This document shows, in pieces, positions 49,164 to 62,379 of a DNA stretch of 64,000 nt (within the stretch, counting starts at the first letter, position 1; every line of letters begins with the position of its first letter). The translations under genes were made by a program, and so were the position numbers. The notes below the pieces were generated by a model. The model was not told the DNA's origin and ran no database searches. It saw nothing but the letters and a program-made list of their open reading frames with translations. Origin of the DNA: Magallana gigas (taxonomy: Eukaryota); NCBI RefSeq assembly GCF_963853765.1, contig NC_088857.1, forward strand, positions 29,946,001-30,010,000, in the 5' to 3' direction.

Positions 49164-51429
49164 CCTTGTTAAAATAATACACGCGATCGCTAATCCTTTG
49201 AATCTAACAAAAAAGCATAAAGCTTTGGAACTTTTACCAATGTTTTAAGTTCACTAAGAGGATGTAAAAATTTATTCATACAGATACACGTCTAGGATCT
49301 GAGACCCTCTATAAAAAGCTATTGTGAATGAAAGTTACTAGAATTTTCAAAAACATAACTTTCAACCATACATTGAAGAGACTTCGGGCCACCTGTCGAT
49401 AAAATGACATAAAGGTCAAAGGTCATTAATAATCTGTGAATTATTCACATTTTCATATCTCTTTTGTTTATGGCGGTATAGAACTTTTTCATAGATGTAC
49501 TATATAAATATTTTATCTTAACAGATACTATAATTCTAAATACTAGCTAGCTAGAAATGATGTGTCTGAGTTTGGCTTGAGTATATATTAGGTCTTAAAT
49601 TAACGTAAATATAATTAAAATTATGTGCGCGATTGGTTTTCATACGTAATCGAATAGGTTTCGGGTCACGTCATCAGGTAATTTGTAGGACTTCTTATTT
49701 ACAAGACATTTCAAAGTGGATCCCTTTAGTCCCCACTTTGGAAAATTATATATGGAGAGTTGTTCGCCCATAGTGTATGAAATGTTTGTTGTTGTTTATA
49801 CAAGATAGAGACTGAATTTTTTCGACCATTTATATATAATCAGTAAAGACTAATAGGACCGGAGGTCACCTCAAAGCAGTTATAGAATATAGAAAATTTC
49901 TTTTCGGACCACTAAGGATGGAAGTGTCTACGTGGCAAATAATAATGACACAAAGGTTAAAGGTCAAATAAAGGTAAAATACAGAATTATCAATTATATG
50001 TTTTTGCTATATTTTTTTCATAAGTAATGTAGGGAGAACGCAATCAAAACCAACTTGTAAAATATAAATTAAAATAGTACGGTCGGAAGACCTCTTACTG
50101 TGCGAGGACAATTAGCCTTATAGTTTATCTTTTAAATTTTTTTTTAGAATTATTATTTTTTTGCATCAGAGTATCCTCACCAATTTCACATGACAAACTA
50201 CAACTGACTCTAACTCTAAATTGTGAAATAAAATAGCCAGTATGATCTGGCCGAGAAAAAAGGAAATGGGGAAAGAAAAAATCTCAGTCGCACGGGAATA
50301 CCGGTATGACATACAATGTAAACCCTCTGTTTGTATCTTTTTTATCAACTTTGGGTGCATAGTCAAGTGTAAAGCAAAGTGATATAAAAACACGGGATAG
50401 ATCTGTATGATATTACAAGAGACCCTCAAACCCACAGTCAGTACGGGATGTTAGGACGATTGTCTGATTGCTGTTCAACATGTATAAAGTGAGATTTTGT
50501 TGGAAAAGCCACTGAAAAACAGGACACAGCGATATTCCTTTACTAGACGATGTTATCCGGAGGAAATTCACAAAGAGCTGATATCAGATTTCCCACTAGT
50601 AAAAGTTGATCAGATGTCTGTAATGGAGTTTTTCTCTTCTAAAAATAGGGAACCAAGTAAACTATGAGGAAGGGGTTGGGGTAAGGATAGCGGTAACACA
50701 AAATTATCTCAGTACTGCCTCATTTTGTTTCGTAATTTAAAAATTACCGGTATAACAAAGTTACTGATAAACAAGACTGCAATTACTATTTGTGTTATTT
50801 TCTTGTGTGTGTCAAGTATGAAGTTTCTAAATAAAGAAAATATTCAATTAGAGAGATAATTTGAGACATTGGAATTCGCCCAGTCTTAAATTTGCCCGCT
50901 GAAATCGAGGGCGAAAGGGGTGAAAATAAAACGGGGGCGAATATTTCCCTATTCACAGTAAGAGTAGAATAAAATTATGTTCAAGTCAGCACAGTAGTTT
51001 CTCCTATTAAGGGGCTTGATGGTCATGGCCATTTTTTACTGTATTGATCTTCTTTAAAAGAAGAGCTCTATATTAAAAAAATACGTAAATACTGGAATTT
51101 AAAATTTAAAAAAATGACCCCCCCCCCTAAATAATAGCTTATAGGAAAACAAATCATACCTGAAAGTATTTGGTAGATCTCATGGTTAATTTGTTAACCA
51201 CCGAGTCTCCTAATTACTGGGGTTTTTTTAATACACACCCCATCCAGCCCCTTTAATTATTTTCTATTTTTCAGGGGTACATTCTTGGCTGTACAAACCC
51301 ACGAATATTGCATGTGTGCAGAAAATGTGCGGATTTTATCGTTTAAAACATAAAGGAGCAATCGGAAAATTTTATTCAAACAAAAATCCCATAAACCTTC
51401 GCTATGTACATGTAAGTATTGCTCTCTAC

Positions 51430-51514
51430 CACAGGGGCCAAGCCCGTTTTAATAATAATTTCAATGTGACATGGGCACATTGAAATTAATGTTAAAACGG
51501 GCTTGGCACCTGTG
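51430..51514. mobile_element. 85-bp hairpin mini-MITE with 8-bp TSD (hAT-like)
   Basis: 39-bp arms with 3 mismatches and a 7-nt loop; CTCTCTAC at 51422-51429 and 51515-51522. Confidence 0.85.
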
Positions 51515-52228
51515 CTCTCTACATGAGACATTTTTGTACCGGGGACGCTACTGTTTTGACGCCTTTCTTGGTTTTTTAAATTTATTACTTATGTACAGTA
51601 ACTACTTTTGCAATTTGCTTGATTGTTTGAATCATTATACATGTATAAAATAAAGATATTCTAACCTTGAATATTCTATATATGAAATTTATAGAATATT
51701 TTAATTTGACGGACGGGTACAAACTGAAGGCTTGCTGCAATATCAACCGTGTTATTCGGAAGACTAATGTTATATTTTAACACTTATCCTCGGTTTACAG
51801 AGAGATTCGAACCGGTGACTAATTCAAGTTTGGTGGTAATATTGGGTAATGAAATGTGATACTGAACAATATTTAACATGATATGTCTGTCGTCAGTGAT
51901 TAAACCGTTAGACAAATGCCTGAGTGGATGTGGTCATTCCTGGAAGGAGCTAAATTTAGACCATATTCCTTGAGATGAAGAGTTCTGTATAATGATAAAG
52001 GAAAAATGTTCCAATTTTAAAGCTTCAATACTTAGATTTTTCATAACCAAATAAAAGTATATGGCCAATTATATATGCACAATCATATGTAAAATTTTTA
52101 GGTAGATCTGACGGGAAAGTCGCTAACCATTCAGCCTCCTTGACCGTCTTTCAAGATTTTAAGAATTTAGTCTGACTACATAGACGACTTTTGGAATTAC
52201 TAAATGATTGAGAGATACATGACTGTAC

Positions 52229-52613
52229 TGTGACCGCATAGATTTTACGGTGCTAGGGTATTCTTCTGGGTCTGTATATCCGCCGTGTGCAGTACGGACG
52301 GGGTGAGGGAATGTTGGCGTCGAGGGTATAAGGTATAAGGTTGTGGCGCGCTGTGGGCCGTAAAGTAAAAACGAAGGGTAGGTTTGCCGTATTCCCGAAG
52401 GTCCACCAGTATACAGTTCCAGAGAAATAAACCAAGTGATGAAAGATTCCGGTTTATTGGACGAGATTCAACGATGGCCACATTCTAACATTTTAACAGA
52501 CAGACATTTTACAAACAAGTCGGATATGACCAGTAGTGGCCTCCGGACTCAAGACTCTGGGTGAGTCGGACGTGGCCGAGGCTGGCCGCCGTTTTCCAGA
52601 CTGCCGATTGACA
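52229..52613 (+). mobile_element. Possible solo LTR
   Basis: GC-rich block with TG...CA ends, TATAA near 52326 and AATAAA near 52425. No matching TSD found. Confidence 0.3.
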
Positions 52614-54292
52614 ATTGTACATAATTATTTATAAGAAACTGAACAATGAGTATAAATTGACAGGTGATGACATAAGTAAGCTGAGTGAAAGGTTCACAGA
52701 TATAAAATAATTAAATAAACTCAATGAGTCTTTGATGTCCAAGACATGGAAAACTGATAATTGCACAATGTTGTTTTAAGAGATTAGCAGTTCTTGAGAC
52801 ATGGCACTCTGTCTCTTTGAAATCACATATAGAGTCCGAAAAGTGTCAATCACTAAATCAACTTGTAACTTTGTAAGAAATAAATTGTGAGAAAATATTA
52901 CGAAACAGATGTTGAATTTTAAAAGTAAAGTCCAAAATAAAGTTATAATTAAACAGTGAATTTTGCACGGTGATAGTACATTTATATATTCTCTTAAGGT
53001 AATGTTATATGTTATACATCGATTAGATGAATGATCGGAAATTCAATCAAAATAAACGCTAGTGTTGTCGCGTTACTTTTGCTATTTTTATGGTCCTTAG
53101 CGCCAACGAGCAGTTTGCGTAATAATACAGATACCCGGAAGTTGGAGACCGTTCACCCCCACCAAGTGTTGACTACTCCCTGTAATGGTTCAAAACAATT
53201 ACTGATTGCATTTACATGTATTGGTGATTTACTCTGTGCGTAAAGATTTACGTTAAAACGAGTACTTGCTGTTGTCTGTCTTAATCCATGCAAGACCCTT
53301 GCTTGTATCATTGAGAAACGGTCATCAATTTAATAAATAGATTCGGATAGATCAGTGATAACAAGTACTTACTAGATTCATACATGTATTTTGTTTTTAT
53401 TGATGCAACAATAATTATAGGAAATCTGAATAAATATTTCTTGTTTGTGAGTACCAATAACTAACTGTTCCTTTTTTTCAAAGAACCTAAAATTGCAAAA
53501 GTATCTTATAGTACATGTACTTTTATGATAACGAAAAACACTTTGCCGTTTTACTCGTTATATCCAGTTCGTACAGCTTACAACTTTTCGAATATACCGC
53601 TTAAAAATTTCTTGATGAAAAAATGTGACACAGATTATATATAGTAACTTGCACGTAACCAGTAAAAAACAAGCAATAAACCAAATAGTCCCACCTATAC
53701 CCCTCGAAAAAAAAAAGAAAAAAAAGAGGATAAAACAATCTCTTCTAAATTAGAAGTAACTAAGAACATACACTATGAGATTAAATGAAGCTTCAGTTGC
53801 ATGTCTCTATGTGAAGTGTTGACGAACTCCCGAGCGATGTAGATCAATTCTTTAATTCATCAAATGTTAGTTAGCATCGGCAGCCATCTTTGAGACTGAC
53901 GGATAAGGAATGCCAGGACTATACACGTAACAAAGATTCTAACAACGCGCGTTATCCCTCAATAAAGCGATAAATCTGCTCTCGTTGTCCTCGCTTTATG
54001 CTTGAATGAGGGACGGGTGGGGCTTTTATAAGTCTAAATCTGAATACCAATGATGCATGATCACGTGAAGTGACGTGTAAGGAGCTATATATATATCCTA
54101 TCGATAAAACAAAAAATCCGGCTTAGTGTTACTATATATGCCTAAATAATTATTTCCTTCCATGTGCCTGGTCTGCATATCATATTTTATGGAGACATAA
54201 ATGGTTAACAACTACGCTGATACTGAACAAAAAATTGATGCGATTCTAACAGTGTACAATATCTTGACTTATATTGGTCGTTATATTGGCCT

Positions 54293-54375
<83 letters not shown>
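54293..54375. repeat. (GA)n microsatellite
   Basis: Direct reading. Confidence 0.95.
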
Positions 54376-54379
<4 letters not shown>

Positions 54380-56869
54380 CAGCCATCCCTGTCGAATTAT
54401 TCTAATTCTTTGGCAAGACAGGCAAAAAACATAGGTTCATTTAGGATTTGTTTGAAGGTCCAAATAAAAAATCCTCCCTGACCAACCCTACACAAAAATT
54501 ATAAAACAAAAAAAGAAATAATTTACATGTATTTCAAAGGGTTGTTTGTCCATTATTGAATTACATTTTAACGCTTGATAAAAGAGAAACCATCTGTTCG
54601 TTAGGCCCCTGTGCTGCTTTTGATTAATTGATTCTACTTTTTATTGTCTTTTTTTCTCAACATATCGACAAAAGCTTTACTTTATTCTTTCAACCTTTTT
54701 TATGTAACACAGTGTATAGAAGCAGTATTTTCAATATTTTAGGTAAGTCTAAGCGAAATAATACATGTATATCCTTAATAATGATAGATAATCACACAGG
54801 ATAAGACAAGGGCGAGGGAGGGAAAGACTGCGTCAGGAATCTTGTTTGATGCAATTAATAGCAACGTTATCTGCTCTTGGCTTTCACTCTGCTCATAAAA
54901 TCAGAAAGCTGGCTTAATGCGGAAAATAAGCCTATTTTCTTATACTGGTATTGTACATGTTACGCACTTGGTCTGAATATAAAAACTTGCATCCGTGACG
55001 TCTAACTGTAAAGATGTCTAGTGTGCAAAATATTTTTTTTCTCTGAATTACTACAGTCAGACCTCAATATCTCGAACGTCAATGGAGCGAGAGAGAAAAA
55101 AAACACGATATCCAAGGGATTAAGATACTGAGGTAGAAATACGTGAATAATAAAAATAACATCGACATGTCCATTGTAAAAGGGACATCGTTGTTTAACA
55201 TACTGAAATTTAACGTTTATATATAATTTTATTTCTTTTGATCATTTTGAATGGGGAGGGGTATCGCAAGTAAAATTTAAGAACAGTTTAAACTCATAGT
55301 TTTCAAACTCTTCCTTAGAGTTCCATGGGTAAACACTGACAGTAACAGGGTTACACTGAACATTTCTGTGATTGTAACAAAATCACGCGAACAGCGAAGT
55401 CAGTTTTATTCCCCTTGTCTTTAAAATCATTCCCCTAATATTAAAAGCTTAAACATAACAGGCCTCGGGATCATGAAGCAATTTTAGACTTAATTCCGAA
55501 TTTCAATCATTCACAAAATTATATTATATCATAAAATTACGATTAAAAATTGTAACTATTAACGTAATATAAAAACACATTTTAAAAACATTCCATTTTT
55601 TCCCCCATGTTGTCAATCACATGACAATAAGTGTACAAATTTTGACTTGCATGTAAGTCTCAGACTGCTTTATGATCATGGGGCCAGATTATGTATAATA
55701 AATTTATAACAAATCAAAATTGTTTGTCCCTGGCACTTTTTATAACCTAGTTTTACTGTATATTTTAAAAATTATGTGCGAGATTGGTTTTCATACGTAC
55801 TCGAATAGGTTTCGGGTCACGTGATCCGCGGGTAATATAAATAGCAGGGCCATGCGGTCGCGTGGCACTGTATGTTTTAATTAAGGTAAAATGGCAGATC
55901 AAATGGAATGCAGTATTTTAGGCTGACATATGGTATTATTGTGAGCGGCGTTCGTATGTAATACTTGTTGTTTTTATTCGTTCAGCACTTCATTGTTTTA
56001 TACTCGAGGAACGTAGTGAGGAATAATATAAAATTTTGTAGAATAACCTTTAGAATAAGATTCAGTATGTAACCATGGTAAATTAAAAACATCATAATGT
56101 GAAATCATTAGTCAGAATTTGCGGTGGCTCAATTTTCGCGGATTTCATGAATAACCCTCACATACAAATATCACTCAATGAGTTAGTCTTTATTTGTTAC
56201 TTTAAATGTACATGTCATTAAACAAAATTATTGGTACTTTCCAATTATCCTGTGAACTTGATGAAAATTGACCCCATATGAATTTTGATGATTCCATAGT
56301 GTGAATGTTTTCATTCATTAGACCCCCTAAGCAGCTTTCCCAACTAAAAAAATTGTTAACAGAAGTTCACAATTCATAAATTAATTATTCAACAAAAAAA
56401 AAAAATTCCAATATGAAAATCAAACCTTGTGTTGCTTTAACACTTTGTTTAAGAAGTAAAATGAAACTTAAAACCCCTCTAATGTTTGTATAATTTTATT
56501 GGAAAAAGCAAATTCTTCTCACTAATCTAACAATCCATCTTTGGAAGGTTTCACAGAAAATGTTGGAGATCTGCCCCACAAAATAATCTTAAAACTAAAT
56601 GATGTCATCATACACGTACAAATCTTCCAACATAATAAAATGCCATGATACATTTCAAAGTAAGTCATCAACATACAAAGCTTCAACTAAAATGAAGTAA
56701 ACAATTTCTTATTTGTTGTTGTTCTTGTCAATGTATCTTACTCCTCAGAAATACATGGTTGTCTACCAACTTTTTCTTGAAAATGAAAATTCTGTCTTTG
56801 AATGTTATGCTTATTTGAAGCAATTTGATTGGTAATTGGGGCCCAGTCAGGCCTGTGTATGATAAGATA

Positions 56870-56943
56870 TCAGGAGGAATCTTCATCTTCATCTTCCAGC
56901 TTCTCCAGATATTCTCTGGCTTTGATCTTCCGAGGGATGATAT
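56870..56943 (-). CDS. CHRAC1: CHRAC1 exon 3 (DIIPRKIKAREYLEKLEDEDEDSS*)
   Basis: Acceptor ttctatttacag; DI(I/L)P(R/K)KI motif and acidic tail; TGA at 56872-56870; total 108 aa. Possible polyA signal at 56495-56500. Confidence 0.92.
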
Positions 56944-56973
56944 CTGTAAATAGAATGCATTACACTATGGTGT

Positions 56974-57307
56974 TTAAGGCGGTATGGGACACCTGTCAAT
57001 ATCAATGTGGATAAAAGTTCATAATATTCAAAATACTTTCACGGGTTTTAAAATATTTAAAATTTTGCAATATTTGACTAAAATTATTATAAAATGTTTG
57101 AAAAGATAAAAATTGTAAAAGCCCCAGCTGGATTCGAACTTGTGAATTGCAGATTCATTGTTAGCTCTTTAATTCATTGCGATATGCTGTTATATTAGGT
57201 GACAATTTTGGGATTTAATTTTTTTTAAAACAATTACTAGTATACTTAATTTTTTTCCTTATTTCGATCAGAAATACATAACAATATGGAGTTGTCCAAA
57301 ACCTTAA
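56974..57307. mobile_element. Degenerate TTAA-flanked element in CHRAC1 intron 2, with tRNA B-box remnant
   Basis: TTAAGGCGGTATGGGACACC ... GTTGTCCAAAACCTTAA; internal GCCCCAGCTGGATTCGAACT. Confidence 0.6.
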
Positions 57308-58606
57308 AATGCTTGATTTCAGTTGTACATGAACATACATACAATATAACAGTTGATATCAAAACAGCTCCTGAAATTTTTGTGCATTTTAAAAAACTTT
57401 AATTTACACAACAGTTCTTAAAAAATGCAGGTTTAACATGGCTAGCTTAAATCTTGGTTAGAGCTCGTATTCAGGTCAATTGATTTTGATTCCAGACTTG
57501 TTATATCAAAACAACCTGGGAATTTTAATCTCCAGACCATATCTTATCTTTGTTTCTTGGAACTAAAGCAATTTTTTGGAAAAAAGGGTACCTGTAATAC
57601 CTGAAAAGACACCTTTATAGATTATAAAGGCCAATAAGATTGCTTCCTTGTTTTGGTAAACTTTTTAACTCTCAGTATTAGTTAAAGGGTATTGCACCAT
57701 TTTCAAGAAATGTAATAGTAAATACTTGTATTTAGGACAGGGCTGTAACTTTAAAACTTGCAGATGCTGTATTTCCTAGTTATCTTTCCTAGTTCATAGT
57801 CACGATGTTAAGTTACTGCTGATACCAGACCAGATCTTATCTTTATTTCTTGGTTATGAAAATTTAAAAAAAAATACCTGAAACACTCTCACCTGTGTAG
57901 AGATTATTATTATAAATTAGAAACCCCCCTAGCTTCTTATGTTCACCTCCGTTTTACCTTTCAGTGTGAAGAGTGAACAATTCCAACCCCTGTCCCCCCC
58001 AAAGGAAAAATAAAATATTGGATATGCTCTTTTCTCAATGATGACATTTCATTTACATGCATATGCAAAACAATATGTGAATAAATAAAGAAGATACTAC
58101 TCTATAAAAAATACTTGGATATATAACTCACAGCACAAGTAGAACTATTCTTATAACCATTTGACAATGTTCTATTCTCAGCAAAGTTAGATAACTCGTT
58201 TATATTCAGGAACTATTTGTTAATAACAAAGATTTGGCTTTCATGATAGAAAATGGGTTATTCTCTTTTAGTTTTTATAATACACACATGACACTATAGT
58301 TAATGTCAATAACTTAATTTGCTAAGTAATATCATGGGCAACAACTATAATGATTGAGTGGGGATCCCTTCAACACATATGATAAAACTTTTATACGAAT
58401 CTACACTTTTCATGTTATAATTTTTTTTTCAATACAACTCCATTAAGTAAATATTCTATATATCTTAAAAATGGTATGACAATATTTTGAGTTGAGGATA
58501 AGGAAGCCAAAATGTAGCTCTGATAATTTTGAAAGTAACCCCAAAATTTATATACTGGTATTACATCTGCTTTTAATTAGATGTTTTACAATTTTTTTAC
58601 AGGTAC

Positions 58607-58727
58607 CTTGAAGAAACTGGAGGACATCATCGGAGTTGACAACTTCGGCCAGATCCTTATAGTTGACATTCATCTTGTCTTTGCTTTTCTCCCTTGAAAT
58701 GGTGGCTAAATTTTTCACAAACATTTC
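58607..58727 (-). CDS. CHRAC1: CHRAC1 exon 2 (EMFVKNLATISREKSKDKMNVNYKDLAEVVNSDDVLQFLQ)
   Basis: Acceptor tttttttgcccag, donor AAG|GTACCT; 121 nt, phase 0 to 1; histone-fold helices 2-3. Confidence 0.92.
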
Positions 58728-59099
58728 CTGGGCAAAAAAAAAATCAATTTACTATCATATAAATTTCTTGCATTAAATTTTTTGCAATTAAAATTATGAT
58801 TAATTCAAAAAGACAATAGAGATGATTATAGATGTTCTGAATCTGCTTGCACGTATTATAAAACTTCTGAAAACTGAAAACGTCATTAAATAAAAATATG
58901 ATTTACAGTCAAACAGATTTAACAAGGCAGAGTACAATTCCACAGTGTGTGACTCAATTTGCACTTCTTTTTAATATTTTCATGCAGCTCTTGGGTAGAA
59001 ATAATAAGACATTTGTCCTCGTTACAGGGTTGGCCTAAAAATACAGGTGCTGGGAATTACCAGTGGATCGGAGCAGTAATTACCCCTGATTTTCCCCCC

Positions 59100-59875
59100 T
59101 TAAGGAGGCCGACTTTAGTTTGCATTGCGCATGTTTTTGCGCATTCTAATATAATACAGTTGATTTATACTTCTTATGAATTTTTTTTGATATCATTTAT
59201 AAAATTGAACACAATAAACAAAATAGAGATAAAAATATTTAGATTTTTAAAGGAAATGTTTATTTTTAACACGATTTTTACGTTGGGCGGTAGGGGAGCC
59301 TTGCCATTGCGCTTTTATGATGTTATGATAAAATGAAGCTTTGTAGGAGTATGTTATAAGAAATAACATAAAAGAAAAAGTAAAAATTGTATGCTGTTGA
59401 AATTTAATTTACAGAATGATGCTATCCTTGAGGACATTTTCCTCATTTTTGGAATGAATCCATTATACCAATCATCATTCGTGTTGATCCAAATATATAG
59501 CAAAATTTGATGCATTTTAATATTTTGAGATGGTCCCCAATAAAAACCAGACGGTAGAATTTTGTGTTTTTTACATATAAGGTAGGAAATGATATTACTT
59601 ATCATATATCACAATTTGAGAAAAAAAGCTATTGTAGTATTTTTTTTAACTGCTTTGATGTGCGGAAAATGACAGTTTCCTATATATTCCTATAGTAAAT
59701 GTACCTCTATTTTGAGATGATCCCTAAAAAGAACCAGACGGTCGATTTTTATGAACCTTCGCAAATAAACTAGAGTTGGTTTAAATTACATATCATGATA
59801 TGGTTAAAAAATAAAGAGTTATGCTTTTGTAGTTTTAAACTTTTTCCGCAAAAAACCCCAAATCGGCCTCCTTAA
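59100..59875. mobile_element. TTAA-flanked element in CHRAC1 intron 1
   Basis: TTAAGGAGGCCGA ... TCGGCCTCCTTAA, a perfect 13-nt inverted match. Confidence 0.75.
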
Positions 59876-60486
59876 ATTCGTTATTTTACAAATTTATATT
59901 TTTTGTTTGATTTATTCCATTTAAAGCGTGTTTAGGAAATAATATAGAAGCAATAAGCATAAAATCACAATTCAGCATGCTTTACCATTTATGTCAGATT
60001 TATGAATCTTAAATACACCAGATCATCTATTGATCACTTAAGCATCCTCCTAATGCTCACAACGTAAAACATATCATAAAAAATGTGACTTCTCACTTTA
60101 ATGACATTGTTTTTAAGACATCTAACAGTGATGGGAATGATAGTACTTGATTCATTGTGATTCTAATTGCAGGATGCCAACTACATGTATACAGGGGCTC
60201 GTCATGAACTTTTGTCTTCTCACCATATACAATGTGACCACCCTCTATTATAAAATACACCCCCTCCCCGCAAAAAAAAAAATAATAAAAAGCTGCCTAG
60301 AATTTCCGAATTTGTCAATTTATTAAGTATAGACTGGTCATTTAGTACAGTAGCACTACGTGTAGTAAGACGACAACAGTTCATGACGATACTTAGTGCT
60401 TCAGCTGCTCAGCACAGCAGCATGCACTGCTGTGTTGCATTTGGATGATTTGAACGACGAATTTGACCAACTTTTACATGAATTAC

Positions 60487-60618
60487 CGTTGCCTTTCCGG
60501 TCAAAAACAGCGCCTCGTGACTTATGCTACCGACATCTGGAGAACTTTTCATTATTGTCCTAATTCTAGACAACGGTAAAACGCATTGTCCGTCTTTCTC
60601 AGTTTGTTTTTCCGCCAT
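60487..60618 (-). CDS. CHRAC1: Chromatin accessibility complex protein 1, exon 1 (MAEKQTEKDGQCVLPLSRIRTIMKSSPDVGSISHEALFLTGKAT)
   Basis: The LPLSRIRxIMKSSPxVxSIxxEALxLTxKAT histone-fold motif is characteristic of CHRAC1/CHRAC15. Donor ACG|GTAATT; 132 nt. Confidence 0.93.
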
Positions 60619-61941
60619 TTTCAACGAGAAGTACAAGAAGCCACATAATTTTAGAACCTTACACTTCAAAATAAACTTGTTTATCTCGGAAACCGTAACC
60701 CTTTACAAGTTTCTTTTTTTTTATCACATGGTGACAGAAAAAAGCAACATTTTGACAATGCAATGTTTAACATGAAGCAAAAACCTTTGGTTTTGCATGT
60801 ACATATAAATTATCACGTACGGATCTAGGGCTCGAAAGGGGGGGGGGGGGTAATTATGTTTACCGGGGATGGGGATGTTCGACAATTTAAATAAATCTGG
60901 ATATTCCCGGTGGTGGAGGGGGTCCAGACCAGGGTCTAGATCTGTGCATGAATACATGTATATGGAAATCATTCAATAACCACCTCTTGCTGCATGGGGA
61001 CTTCATGAATATAGTTTTAAAAGATTTTCAAAAGAAACATTTATAATTTTTCTTTCAGTCTGTTTATCACCTTTAAGGCATTCAAAGAATTCAGCTTACA
61101 AGTTATTTTTATTATATAATCGTGTAGATTTTGTAAGTAATTCAGTGGTCTCTTGAACATGTATTAGTTCCTCAAAAATTGATTTCAGGATGAAACAATT
61201 AACAAACTTTAAGATAATTTATTGAATCTTGATGTATTATGATGGTAAGTTGTGCTCCAAAGGTTTTTTTGTAAAAAGACTTATTTTCATTTTGAATGTT
61301 TATATTTTATTTTAATCAAATGACTTAGTCAAATTGTCTTTTGGAAGATTTACTAGGCCTACTCCATTTATCCCTAAAAATGAGAATAAATTGTTCATTT
61401 CCTTGGCCAAACTATCATCTTTTAGTGCGTGGAATCCGCATTGTATATACATGTATTTTAAATAATAATAATGATAATGTAGTAAGTGAAGGACTTGCAT
61501 GTATCATCGCTGTCAATTGCCAAAAAAATAAAATAAAATAAAAACTGATGTTTGAACACATATTTATAATGCATTTATTCTGTGTAATCTTGTAATTTTT
61601 AAAAATTCGTAAGAACCACACATTGATACATTTTAATGCTTACCAAATGATTATTTTTCATAATGTGTGATTCTCGAAAAGACATACAAAGTACGCAATT
61701 GATTAATTTACCTAACTAACATCTAAAACAGCTGACTTTGAGATTTGCATGTTGAATAATAATCAGTTGCATCGTACATGTACATGTATACTATCATGTG
61801 CGGGCGTTATTAAGTAAATTTACCGCCACCTCAAAATTAAAACTTTTGAAAAGATTGGTAAGTTGCATGCCGACATGTATAGGGCAAAAATATGCCATCT
61901 GCATGCAATATTATTTCCAAAAATGAGCAAATATTTCCTAT

Positions 61942-61946
<5 letters not shown>

Positions 61947-62029
<83 letters not shown>
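61947..62029. repeat. (GA)n microsatellite
   Basis: Direct reading. Confidence 0.95.
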
Positions 62030-62379
62030 TTCGGATAACAAGCTATGAATTGAGAAACCCTAAGCTAGTTTACTTACAAAATGAACCTATTTGCATTGGC
62101 CTTGCTATGTCCAACACTTGACCATTATAATGTACTTCAGATTAATTATGGAGTTATTCAAGTATATTATTTACTAAACCACAAGAATTTTAATGATGTG
62201 TAACACGGGAAACCCTGCTTATTAACGAACAAAGCACACAAAAGTACACGGTAGTTACAAGAAACAAAGGCAAACCCTAACCCCATTCATTTATATGCAT
62301 CCGATTAACGGAGAAACATGCCGTATGGAAAGCCATAGCTGCCTTAAGGTCAATTTCATATCATATGAATTGGTATATC

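Noticed and set aside
49413-49425. Perfect nuclear-receptor DR1 site AGGTCAAAGGTCA
   Set aside because: Embedded in a repeat-like block with a diverged sibling near 49955; a single motif match is not evidence of function.
55840-56000. Possible snRNA/miRNA after TATAAATA
   Set aside because: No match to any RNA family I recognise and no convincing hairpin.
57592-57600. Possible 9-nt microexon in CHRAC1 intron 2 (ttttcag|GTATTACAG|gtaccc)
   Set aside because: Lies in a locally duplicated block (about 57533 and 57825), has a weak donor and would interrupt the conserved histone-fold end.
60411-60438. Short hairpin in CHRAC1 intron 1 as a snoRNA or miRNA
   Set aside because: Only an 11-bp stem; no C/D or H/ACA boxes.
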